From: a virus
Lineage: Duplodnaviria > Heunggongvirae > Uroviricota > Caudoviricetes
DNA length: 5,652 nucleotides
Strand: one strand, 5' to 3'
IMG/VR virus record: IMGVR_UViG_3300014512_000020
Location: 1 to 5,652 of that record
Shown here: positions 1-5,303 of the stretch, piece by piece
Numbering within the stretch: the stretch's first letter is position 1
Layout: every line of letters begins with the position of its first letter
Translations under genes and position numbers: made by a program
Notes under the pieces: generated by a model
What the model saw: only the letters and a program-made list of their open reading frames with translations
Databases searched by the model: none
What the model was told of the DNA's origin: nothing

Positions 1-6
1 TATTAT

Positions 7-20
7 CCCGGCCGGGAGGA
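7..20 (+). promoter_or_regulatory. Perfect 10-bp palindrome cccggccggg (7..16) overlapping the Shine-Dalgarno gggagga (14..20) of the esterase gene
   Basis: Read directly: the palindrome is self-complementary; GGAGG at 15..19 lies 4 nt before the ATG at 24. The window starts here, so upstream context is missing. Confidence 0.4.
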
Positions 21-23
21 TTC

Positions 24-1994
24 ATGGCATTTAAACACTATGACGTGGTCAGGGCGGCATCGCCGTCAGACCTTGCGGATGCGCTTGCTCAAAAAATTCG
101 TGAAGGATGGCAACCATACGGCGGGCCGTTTTCTTCGTATACGGATGATGGCGCAGCACTTATTCAGGCGATTGTCGCAGAAGGTAATGTCACCACACCT
201 GTGGTGGTGAAGCCGTCGGATGGAGAAGGCGCAGTTATCAGCACCACCAGCAACCCGGAGTATTACTTTGTTGTTGCCCTGGCCGGGCAGTCAAACGGTA
301 TGGCGTATGGTGAAGGGCTTCCGCTGCCGGAGACATATGACCGTCCGGACCCGCGTATTAAACAGCTGGCGCGTCGCAGCACTGTCACGCCGGGTGGTGC
401 GTCCTGTAACTACAATGACATTATTCCTGCGGACCACTGCCTGCATGATGTTCAGGATTTGAGTAAGTTTTCACACCCGAAAGCCAGTGCAGCTCAGTAT
501 GGATGCGTGGGGCAGGGATTACATATCGCGAAGAAATTGTTGCCGTTTATTCCGGCGAATGCCGGTATTCTTCTGGTTCCGTGCTGCCGTGGTGGTTCTG
601 CATTTTTGGCGGGCGATGAAGGTACCTTCAGCGAATCCACCGGCGCAAGCGAGACCTCGGCACGCTGGGGTGTAGATAAGCCACTGTACAAGGACCTGCT
701 TACCCGTACTCAGGCCGCACTGAAGGCCAACCCTAAAAATATTCTGCTTGCAGTGGTCTGGATGCAGGGCGAGTTTGATTTGAAACAGGGTGCATACGCC
801 ACTCAGCCGGGGCTGTTTGATTCCATGGTGGAAAAATATCGTTCTGACCTGTCGGAATTCGGAGGTCAGTGTCTCGGGGGCTCTCCGTCATCAGTTCCCT
901 GGATTTGTGGCGACACGACCTACTACTGGAAGCAGACTTATTCTTCGCAATACGATGCGGTGTATGGTGCATATAAGACGAAATCCGCAAAAAAAATCTT
1001 CTTTGTGCCGTTTATGACGGATGAAAACGGGCGAAATGTGGGTACCAACGAGCCGTCAGAAGATCCGGATGTTGCGGATATTGGGTATTACGGAGCCGGT
1101 GGTCGAACGGACGCCAAAACCTGGACGACGGCTGACCGTAAAACGCATTTTGGATCATGGGCACGTCGTGGGATTATTTCCGACCGTCTGGCAACGGCGA
1201 TTCTTGTGCATGCCGGGAGAACCGCTGAATTCATTACCGGAAAACAGCCTGATACGGTGAAGCCCACCGGACCTTCCGGTGAAGGTACGGAGAGAGAGCC
1301 GGAAGCTCCGGTCAGTAACCGAACCCTGATGAGTCTGCTGGCGTCCGGCGAAGACCTGGCATCACAGGGCTGGCGCTATTATCACAAACCGGCGAGCGGA
1401 GACAATGTTAACAAAAACATTGCTGAAGCGGTGGTCAGTGATGCGGGGGCTACGGGAGGTAAGGCCCTGCAACTGAATAAACCGGAAAACCACATCTGGT
1501 TTCTGGAGCATGATGCAGCCGGGCAGGGGGCAGAGTTGCTGAAGAAAGGAGGACGTGTGAGCGTACGGTTTAAGTTGCCGGGTTCACTGGTGCCGAATCA
1601 GTTTGCCCTGGGCATTTACTGGCAGTTGTCGTCCCTGCCGGAGGGAGTGACGCTGGCAGAGGAAGGCAACGACATGCTGATGTCCTTCTTCCTGCAGACG
1701 GATGCGACGAACCTGAACGCGATGCACCACAAGAAGCCGAATGCGAAGCTGGATACGTTCGGGGTCTTTGATAACGGATGGCACACACTGGCTTTTGAGT
1801 TTGCCGGAAACAACAGCATTCAGGTGACGCCGGTACTGGATGAGAAACGGGGGACGCCGTTCACACTGGTGAAATCTCCGGCATCAGGGGCGGCGGACAA
1901 ACTGCAACTGACAGGCATATCAAAGGCGGCGACATATACGCTGCTGATTGACAGTGTGAAGGTGGAAGTGAACAACGCGGATGCCGCGGCATGA
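24..1994 (+). CDS. nanS-p: Prophage sialate 9-O-acetylesterase, NanS-p-like (N-terminal DUF1737-like region, SGNH/SASA esterase core, C-terminal putative carbohydrate-binding region), 656 aa
   Basis: Long uninterrupted ORF with good RBS. N-terminus MAFKHYDVVRAASPSDLADALAQKIREGWQPYGG is the characteristic start of prophage NanS-p/933Wp42-type proteins. GQSN block with the putative nucleophile Ser90 (nt 285..296) is typical of the SASA/SGNH family. Size and position upstream of a lysis cassette match Stx-phage architecture. Domain names are from memory, not from a search. Confidence 0.85.
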   Translation: MAFKHYDVVRAASPSDLADALAQKIREGWQPYGGPFSSYTDDGAALIQAIVAEGNVTTPVVVKPSDGEGAVISTTSNPEYYFVVALAGQSNGMAYGEGLPLPETYDRPDPRIKQLARRSTVTPGGASCNYNDIIPADHCLHDVQDLSKFSHPKASAAQYGCVGQGLHIAKKLLPFIPANAGILLVPCCRGGSAFLAGDEGTFSESTGASETSARWGVDKPLYKDLLTRTQAALKANPKNILLAVVWMQGEFDLKQGAYATQPGLFDSMVEKYRSDLSEFGGQCLGGSPSSVPWICGDTTYYWKQTYSSQYDAVYGAYKTKSAKKIFFVPFMTDENGRNVGTNEPSEDPDVADIGYYGAGGRTDAKTWTTADRKTHFGSWARRGIISDRLATAILVHAGRTAEFITGKQPDTVKPTGPSGEGTEREPEAPVSNRTLMSLLASGEDLASQGWRYYHKPASGDNVNKNIAEAVVSDAGATGGKALQLNKPENHIWFLEHDAAGQGAELLKKGGRVSVRFKLPGSLVPNQFALGIYWQLSSLPEGVTLAEEGNDMLMSFFLQTDATNLNAMHHKKPNAKLDTFGVFDNGWHTLAFEFAGNNSIQVTPVLDEKRGTPFTLVKSPASGAADKLQLTGISKAATYTLLIDSVKVEVNNADAAA

Positions 1995-2003
1995 TAAAAA
2001 AAG

Positions 2004-2059
2004 GCCGCCAGCAATGAAGGAAAGGGATGAACTGTGTCCACTACATGAATGCTGGCGGC
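2004..2059. repeat. Inverted repeat gccgccagca / tgctggcggc (10-bp arms, ~36-nt spacer) just after the esterase stop, preceded by an A-run (1994..2002)
   Basis: Read directly from sequence. The spacer is too long for a canonical intrinsic terminator; on the minus strand the arms are followed by a T7 run. Confidence 0.35.
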
Positions 2060-2145
2060 TGGGAAAACGACCACGATGACACCGAAGTTTGCGATATTTT
2101 TCTACAAAAATAAGTAAATCATGTCAACTATCACGGTGAGAAACC

Positions 2146-2328
2146 ATGACATTTCTGAACCAGTTAATGCTGTACTTCTGTACGGCAGTCTGTGTTATGT
2201 ATCTTCTTTCGGGTGGGTACAGGGCAGTGCGCGATTTCTGGCGCAGGCAGATTGATAAAAGGGCCGCTGAGAGAATCAGCGCCAGTCAGTCAGCCGGAAG
2301 CAAACCCGAAGATCCGCTCATTCCGTAG
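2146..2328 (+). CDS. Hypothetical small membrane protein, 60 aa (N-terminal hydrophobic helix LMLYFCTAVCVMYLLSGGY, basic C-terminal tail)
   Basis: ORF with a weak SD-like GGTGAG 5 nt upstream of the ATG; one predicted TM segment; same strand and intergenic placement as neighbouring genes. No homolog recognised. Confidence 0.35.
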   Translation: MTFLNQLMLYFCTAVCVMYLLSGGYRAVRDFWRRQIDKRAAERISASQSAGSKPEDPLIP

Positions 2329-2365
2329 TCACTTTCTTGACAACACCTTTCAACGAGAAAATCCC

Positions 2366-2635
2366 ATGTCAGAAATCACATCCCTGGTCACTGCTGAGGC
2401 AGTGAAGGAAGTCCTGCGCTCTGAAGAAGTCCTGAGCGCACTGAAACAGAAACTCCGCCAGAACCTTGAGGCGCGTCTTGATGCAGAAGTGGATGCCATT
2501 CTGGATGAGCTGCTGGGCGTACCAGCGGTTCCGGAGCCGGAAGGCATTGCGGATGACAGTACTGTTTCAGATGGCGTCGGGTCTCAGCCTGACGGTAGTG
2601 AAGAGCCTCAGCCTGACGGCGAAATGATGATGTAA
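2366..2635 (+). CDS. Hypothetical highly acidic protein, 89 aa (MSEITSLVTAEAVKEVLR...; 21 Asp/Glu vs 6 Lys/Arg; C-terminal repeated QPDG motif)
   Basis: The ORF track gives 2192..2635 (147 aa), but the upstream extension is hydrophobic, low-complexity and overlaps the preceding ORF. ATG at 2366 gives a compact protein with a helical N-terminal half and an acidic, disordered-looking C-terminus. A TTGACA hexamer lies at 2337..2342 but has no good -10 partner. Confidence 0.6.
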   Translation: MSEITSLVTAEAVKEVLRSEEVLSALKQKLRQNLEARLDAEVDAILDELLGVPAVPEPEGIADDSTVSDGVGSQPDGSEEPQPDGEMMM

Positions 2636-2710
2636 CCATGCGCAGGGGGTGTCGGTGTGAGCTGATGCCCCACTTGTTGTTGTGAGCTTCCGGATTGCGG
2701 GAGACGGGGT

Positions 2711-2925
2711 ATGTACCAGATGGAAAAAATCACAACAGGTGTGTCATACACCACGTCAGCGGTGGGAACGGGCTNNNNNNNNNNNNNNNNNNNNNNNNNN
2801 NNNNNNNNNNNNNNNNNNNNGCAATAGGCGTGCTGGGGAGTCTGCTGTTTGGGCTGCTGACATATCTGACTAACCTGTATTTCAAAATCAGAGAGGACCG
2901 GCGTAAGGCGGCGCGGGGAGAGTAA
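2711..2925 (+). CDS. S: Holin S, phage-21 S21-like class II (pinholin-type) with dual-start motif M1-Y-Q-M4; central part masked by N
   Basis: N-terminus [21 protein letters not shown] (2711..2773) and C-terminus [34 protein letters not shown] (2821..2922, stop 2923..2925) both match lambdoid/Stx-phage S21-family holins from memory. GGGAG sits 7 nt upstream of the ATG. The two halves are in different frames across the 46-N run, consistent with a true gap of 47 nt (about 71 aa in total). Confidence 0.75.
2775..2820. other. Run of 46 ambiguous bases (N) inside the holin gene: an assembly gap or masked segment
   Basis: Read directly from sequence. Confidence 0.99.
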
Positions 2926-2926
2926 A

Positions 2927-3280
2927 GTGATGAATAAAAAATATGAACTGGTTGTTAAGGGGATAAATAATTACGGGGATAAGGTTACTGTTACTGTGAA
3001 GCCGGAAGGTGACAGGCAAGCGTCGCTGTTGTTGCCAGATGTGGCGATTAGTCTTGACCGTACTGAAGGTGCCACGCTGGAGTTTTACGAAGCTGAGGCG
3101 AAAAAGCAGGCGAAGCAGTTTTTCATGGATGTTGCTGCCGGGTTATGTGAAGGGGACGAACCGTTGCCGGAAAAGCGCCCCGTAATTTTAGAGGCGCAGA
3201 ATGTGTTGATAACCTACAAAGGAAAGCTACCGGGAAGAATTACTTGTTCTCTGAAGACTCCACCGGAATCACAACCTTAA
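2927..3280 (+). CDS. Hypothetical soluble protein, 117 aa, inserted between holin and endolysin (MMNKKYELVVKGINNYGDKVTVTVKPEGDR...)
   Basis: ORF begins 2 nt after the holin stop (GTG 2927 or ATG 2930) with GGAG at 2917..2920. No TM segment or signal peptide is evident; no family recognised. Compact spacing within the operon supports it being a real gene. Confidence 0.6.
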   Translation: MMNKKYELVVKGINNYGDKVTVTVKPEGDRQASLLLPDVAISLDRTEGATLEFYEAEAKKQAKQFFMDVAAGLCEGDEPLPEKRPVILEAQNVLITYKGKLPGRITCSLKTPPESQP

Positions 3281-3343
3281 TTCACTGACCGGAACAGATA
3301 AACCTGTCCGTGGGCAGAAACCGATAAATCCTGATAAATATCC

Positions 3344-3868
3344 ATGAACGCAAAAATCAGATACGGCCTGTCGGCTGCCGTTCTGGCGCTGGGTGCGCCT
3401 GCGCCTGACATTCTCGACCAGTTTCTGGATGAAAAGGAAGGTAACCACACCACGGCATACCGTGATGGTGCGGGTATCTGGACTATCTGCCGCGGTGCCA
3501 TCCTGGTGGATGGCAAACCTGTCGTTCCGGGCATGAAGTTGTCGAAGGAAAAATGCGACCAGGTTAACGCCATTGAGCGTGATAAAGCGCTGGCGTGGGT
3601 GGAGAAAAACATCAGAGTGCCACTGACCGAACCCCAGAAAGCGGGGATCGCGTCATTCTGTCCGTACAACATTGGTCCCGGTAAGTGTTTCCCGTCGACG
3701 TTTTATAAACGAATTAATGCAGGTGATCGCAGGGGAGCGTGTGAGGCGATTCGCTGGTGGATTAAGGACGGTGGCAGAGACTGCCGTATTCGTTCAAACA
3801 ACTGCTACGGTCAGGTATCCCGTCGTGACCAGGAGAGCGCGCTGGCGTGCTGGGGAATCGACAGATAA
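3344..3868 (+). CDS. R: Endolysin R, T4-lysozyme-like glycoside hydrolase family 24 muramidase, phage-21 R21-like; possible N-terminal SAR segment; 174 aa
   Basis: Catalytic triad spacing E32-x8-D41-x5-T47 (EGNHTTAYRDGAGIWT), characteristic of true lysozymes. The C-terminal segment KRINAGDRRGACEAIRWWIKDGG resembles R21 and P1 Lyz. The N-terminal Gly/Ala-rich weakly hydrophobic stretch YGLSAAVLALGAPAP is consistent with, but short for, a signal-anchor-release domain. Confidence 0.9.
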   Translation: MNAKIRYGLSAAVLALGAPAPDILDQFLDEKEGNHTTAYRDGAGIWTICRGAILVDGKPVVPGMKLSKEKCDQVNAIERDKALAWVEKNIRVPLTEPQKAGIASFCPYNIGPGKCFPSTFYKRINAGDRRGACEAIRWWIKDGGRDCRIRSNNCYGQVSRRDQESALACWGIDR

Positions 3869-3958
3869 GCAGAATATTTTGCTGAAAAATAAGGTATGGC
3901 CACGCGGGCGGATAACACGAAATCCTGCGAACTGGCGAAACGTAAGTGAATAAAAGTA

Positions 3959-3997
3959 AAAACCCCGTTTGTTGGCACCAAGCGGGGTTTTGTGTTT
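3959..3997 (+). terminator. Intrinsic-terminator-like hairpin: stem aaaaccccgtttg / caagcggggtttt (13 bp with one G-U), 7-nt loop, followed by a T-rich tract; A-run upstream makes it potentially bidirectional
   Basis: Read directly: arms 3959..3971 and 3979..3991, loop ttggcac, then gtgttt. It lies between the endolysin stop and the small ORF at 4028. Confidence 0.55.
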
Positions 3998-4027
3998 CCT
4001 GACTCCGGAAAAGTCAAAGGAGAAAGT

Positions 4028-4165
4028 GTGTTTGATTTTAGCAAACTGATTCGGGAGATTCGAGTGATGGCTGAAAAATTATCCACCTGGAAGTTCATTC
4101 TTATCTGGCTGGTGTTTGTGATTATGGCCTCCGGTTATTTCATCGGTCAGATACGCTGGTGGTGA
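4028..4165 (+). CDS. Hypothetical small single-pass membrane protein, 45 aa from GTG 4028 (or 32 aa from ATG 4067), translationally coupled to Rz
   Basis: Strong SD AGGAG (4018..4022) 5 nt before GTG 4028. Hydrophobic core WKFILIWLVFVIMASGYFIGQI. Stop TGA at 4163..4165 is 1 nt before the Rz ATG at 4167. No family recognised. Confidence 0.45.
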   Translation: MFDFSKLIREIRVMAEKLSTWKFILIWLVFVIMASGYFIGQIRWW

Positions 4166-4166
4166 A

Positions 4167-4604
4167 ATGAACCGCGTACTGTGCGTGGTCATCATTGCCC
4201 TGCTGGTGGCCTGTGGTGCGCTTAGTCTGGGGCTGAATCATTACCGTGATAACGCCATGACCTACAAAGAGCAGCGCGATAAAGCCACATCCATCATCGC
4301 TGATATGCAGAAGCGTCAACGTGATGTAGCAGAACTCGACGCCAGATACACAAAGGAGCTTGCTGATGCTAACGCGACTATCGAAAGTCTCCGTGCTGAT
4401 GTTTCTGCTGGTCGTAAGCGCCTGCAAGTCGCCGCCACCTGTGCAAAGTCAACGACCGGAGCCAGCAGCATGGGCGATGGAGAAAGCCCAAGACTTACAG
4501 CAGATGCTGAACTCAATTATTACCGTCTCCGAAGTGGAATCGACAAGATAACCGCGCAGGTTAACTACCTGCAGGAATACATCAGGACGCAATGCCTGAA
4601 ATAA
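4167..4604 (+). CDS. Rz: Rz, i-spanin (inner-membrane spanin subunit), 145 aa
   Basis: N-terminal TM helix, then the NHYRDNA...QRDK...RQRDVAELDARYTKELADA segment closely matching lambda Rz; coiled-coil-rich periplasmic domain; sits downstream of the endolysin. Confidence 0.9.
   Translation: MNRVLCVVIIALLVACGALSLGLNHYRDNAMTYKEQRDKATSIIADMQKRQRDVAELDARYTKELADANATIESLRADVSAGRKRLQVAATCAKSTTGASSMGDGESPRLTADAELNYYRLRSGIDKITAQVNYLQEYIRTQCLK
4366..4551 (+). CDS. Rz1: Rz1, o-spanin (outer-membrane lipoprotein subunit), embedded in the +1 frame inside Rz, 61 aa
   Basis: AAAGGAG (4353..4359) 6 nt before ATG 4366. Signal peptide MLTRLSKVSVLMFLLVVSAC with lipobox VSAC, followed by the Pro-rich mature part CKSPPPVQSQRPEP, as in lambda Rz1. 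The ORF track starts at 4360 (TTG); ATG 4366 is preferred. Confidence 0.8.
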   Translation: MLTRLSKVSVLMFLLVVSACKSPPPVQSQRPEPAAWAMEKAQDLQQMLNSIITVSEVESTR

Positions 4605-4635
4605 TTTTTTTGCAAATCACAAAGTCAATTTAATG

Positions 4636-4658
4636 AGCCTCGCGATGCGGGGCTTTTT
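4636..4658 (+). terminator. Intrinsic terminator: stem agcctcgc / gcggggct (8 bp, one G-U), loop gat, followed by ttttt
   Basis: Read directly; GC-rich stem and T5 run about 30 nt downstream of the Rz stop. Confidence 0.55.
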
Positions 4659-4665
4659 GCAATAA

Positions 4666-4690
4666 ATGCGTACCGCAACGCATGTTTTTT
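4666..4690 (+). terminator. Second intrinsic terminator in tandem: stem atgcgt / acgcat (6 bp), loop accgca, followed by g + tttttt
   Basis: Read directly; T6 run at 4685..4690. Confidence 0.5.
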
Positions 4691-4805
4691 ACACCGAACC
4701 TGCCCCTTTGGAATGGGCCTTTGAGGATACCAGTTAGTGCTGGCGAGCCTCGGTGGGCTGGTTTCCTGTGCGGCAAAGGTTCATTTCAAAGAGTAGGTAC
4801 ACGCT

Positions 4806-5303
4806 ATGAAATCATTAACCCTCTTCAATCAACCAATTCGTATCGGTGAAGATGGCATGATCTGCCTCACTGATATGTGGAAAGCCAGTGGTAAAAGTGA
4901 ATCTGAATCGCCTTACCACTACCTGCGAAACAAGCAGACCAAAGAGTTCTTAGCCGAGCTGGAGAAAAACCACGAATCTGTGGTTTTTACTGAGCGCGGT
5001 GTACACGGTGGAACATATGGCGGGAAGTTTGTTGCTTACGATTATGCGGCTTGGTTAAACCCCGGGTTCAAGTACGCGGCCTATAAAGTCCTCGATGACT
5101 ACTTCACCGGAGAACTTCAGCATCGCAACAGCTTAAGTGCGCAGCTCAACATGAAATGTCATGAGTTTGACCAGAAGAAAGACATGGCGAGCTTCTGCGG
5201 ACAAGGGCTGGCAGCATGGCGCTATACGAAGCCAGTGTTGGTCGCTGAGATTAACTCCCTGGCTAACCAGCTGCAGATTACGATCCCCGGGCTTCCGGGA
5301 TGA
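4806..5303 (+). CDS. KilA-N-like domain protein (putative DNA-binding / antirepressor-like), 165 aa
   Basis: N-terminal segment LTLFNQPIRIGEDGMICLTDMWKASGKSESESPYHYLRNKQTKEFLAEL fits the KilA-N pattern from memory (conserved Gly, aliphatic-x-T-D/E-hydrophobic-x-K-A-x-G-K, then W/Y-L-R and T-x-E-F). A Bro-N alternative is not excluded without an HMM search. Confidence 0.7.
   Translation: MKSLTLFNQPIRIGEDGMICLTDMWKASGKSESESPYHYLRNKQTKEFLAELEKNHESVVFTERGVHGGTYGGKFVAYDYAAWLNPGFKYAAYKVLDDYFTGELQHRNSLSAQLNMKCHEFDQKKDMASFCGQGLAAWRYTKPVLVAEINSLANQLQITIPGLPG

Noticed and set aside
220-1260. Plus-strand alternative-frame ORFs inside the esterase gene (220..462, 487..675, 790..1017, 1021..1260)
   Set aside because: Fully nested in other frames of a long, well-supported CDS; Arg/Cys-rich odd composition; no RBS or motif support. 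Typical frame-shadow ORFs.
494-2074. Minus-strand ORFs 494..691, 733..990, 1570..1788, 1584..1784, 1616..1819 and 1820..2074
   Set aside because: Antisense to the esterase CDS, low-complexity Arg/Ser/Pro-rich translations, no recognisable family and no start-site signals. The 1820..2074 ORF extends into the intergenic inverted repeat but most of it overlaps the esterase 3' end.
2192-2365. Upstream extension of the acidic-protein ORF (the 147-aa version starting at 2192)
   Set aside because: The extension overlaps the 2146..2328 ORF in another frame and encodes a low-complexity segment; ATG 2366 gives a compact protein with a plausible start.
2337-2365. TTGACA hexamer at 2337..2342 as a -35 promoter element for the acidic-protein gene
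   Set aside because: No acceptable -10 hexamer at 16-18 bp spacing (aatccc); a single hexamer match is expected by chance.
2583-2618. 13-bp direct repeat ctcagcctgacgg (x2) as a possible regulatory or recombination repeat
   Set aside because: It lies inside the acidic-protein CDS and simply encodes the duplicated SQPDG peptide motif; reported as a protein feature, not a DNA element.
2350-2639. Minus-strand ORFs 2350..2547 and 2388..2639
   Set aside because: Antisense shadows of the acidic-protein gene; Ser/Arg/Pro-rich translations with no features.
2682-2925. ORFs 2682..2873 and 2695..2925 as reported by the six-frame track
   Set aside because: Artefacts of translating through the N-run. 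The genuine holin start is ATG 2711 ([10 protein letters not shown]...) and the C-terminal half is in the frame ending at 2925; the 2682/2695 starts (GTG/TTG) give non-holin N-termini.
3277-3672. Minus-strand ORF 3277..3672 antisense to the endolysin
   Set aside because: Overlaps the strongly supported endolysin CDS with its conserved catalytic triad; no independent support.
3672-3953. Plus-strand ORF 3672..3953 overlapping the endolysin 3' end in another frame
   Set aside because: Arg-rich frame-shadow translation; starts inside the endolysin gene without an RBS; the 3869..3958 remainder is short and AT-rich.
3811-4098. Minus-strand ORF 3811..4098, a possible bor-like gene on the opposite strand
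   Set aside because: Translation shows no signal peptide or lipobox as expected for Bor, and it spans the terminator hairpin and the start of the small plus-strand ORF. No support.
4140-4516. Minus-strand ORFs 4140..4427 and 4316..4516, and the TTG start at 4360 for Rz1
   Set aside because: The minus-strand ORFs are antisense shadows of Rz/Rz1. For Rz1 the ATG at 4366 with AAAGGAG 6 nt upstream is a far better start than TTG 4360.
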